A stretch of 64,000 bases of DNA from Ginglymostoma cirratum (Eukaryota), in NCBI GenBank assembly GCA_024137785.1, contig JAHRHZ010000002.1:4741258-4805257 (forward strand), given 5' to 3'. The position numbers were made by a program, and so were the translations under genes. Of the stretch, positions 63,246 through 64,000 are shown in pieces. Each line of letters opens with the position of its first letter. Position 1 is the stretch's first letter. The notes under the pieces are model-generated. The model was not told the origin of the DNA and made no database searches. It saw only the letters and a program-made list of their open reading frames with translations.

Positions 63246-64000
63246 ATAAACAGATCAGTTTCATGTTTTAAAGTTTCCAGTGCTCACGGAGGTAAATCCT
63301 TCATAAAGCTTCCAAAAATATGACAAATTATGAGAAAATGTAGCCTGCTGTGTTCCTGCCATTCCCACTACTCCTCCTGGAAGTGCCGTTCACAATAAAA
63401 GTGGCCAGAAGAATCACACTGAACCAGCCAGAACAGGTTCCCCTCTACACACAGCATGATCAAACACAGAGCATGCAGTTTTCCAAAGTTAAAGTATATC
63501 ATTCCAAATTATGACAACCAAATACACCATCATAGCAGGTTTGATGAGGGTAATGAGTTGTACATGGCCTTCCAGATGATATTTGATGAAATGCCAATAA
63601 CAGGCTTGTCAGCAAAGTCAAAGCTTATGAAATAAAAAGGACAGTAGCAGCATTCATAAGAATTTGCTCAGAGTCAAGAAACAGAGTAGTGCTTAACAGC
63701 TGTTTTTCAGAATGGACCAAACTCCCCAGGGAATGGAGCATTGCTTTTGCTGATCTGTAATCATAATTTAGACTTCGATAGATAGGGCACAATCTCAAAA
63801 CATGCAGGTGAACTAAAATGTCAATTTAATGTGAATTGCAGAACTGATATTGTTAAACTTCAAGAGGGTCATAGACTAATGTGTGGTCAGACAAGATAAC
63901 ATTCAAAGAGAGGCACAGACTAAAGCATTGTGTTCGGAAGAATAAGGGACTGCGAATATAAAGCAAAGGTTACAATTCTAAAGGGATGTAAGAATAGAGT

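Overview
This is repeat-rich eukaryotic genomic DNA, very likely from a shark. That is inferred from HE1-like and SacSINE-like tRNA SINEs, abundant CR1 LINE fragments, Penelope elements and a chondrichthyan-type class I protein. The host-gene content is a tandem pair of minus-strand, non-classical MHC class I heavy-chain genes inside a ~25-28 kb segmental duplication. Gene A is complete, with six exons and all introns phase-1 GT-AG: leader 39779-39707, alpha1 33367-33107, alpha2 30652-30377, alpha3 30259-29981, TM 28837-28730 and cytoplasmic 18699-18599, giving 365 aa. It has an X-Y-CCAAT-TATA promoter module. Gene B shows alpha2, alpha3, TM and cytoplasmic exons; its leader and alpha1 exons were not found in the window. 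Both proteins lack the canonical alpha2 disulfide (C101/C164) and the alpha2 residues that anchor the peptide N-terminus. Each copy has a different TAA, two codons apart, cutting a longer tail frame that is still open. The rest is transposon-derived. It includes two large inverted Penelope insertions with TSDs, about 17 Penelope-type minimal hammerhead ribozyme motifs (including a tandem retrozyme-like element in intron 1 of gene A), an internally deleted Ty3/Gypsy element, Harbinger relics, and CR1/L2 and SINE fragments. Most ORFs in the supplied track are spurious or TE-derived. All alignments and residue numbering were done by eye.
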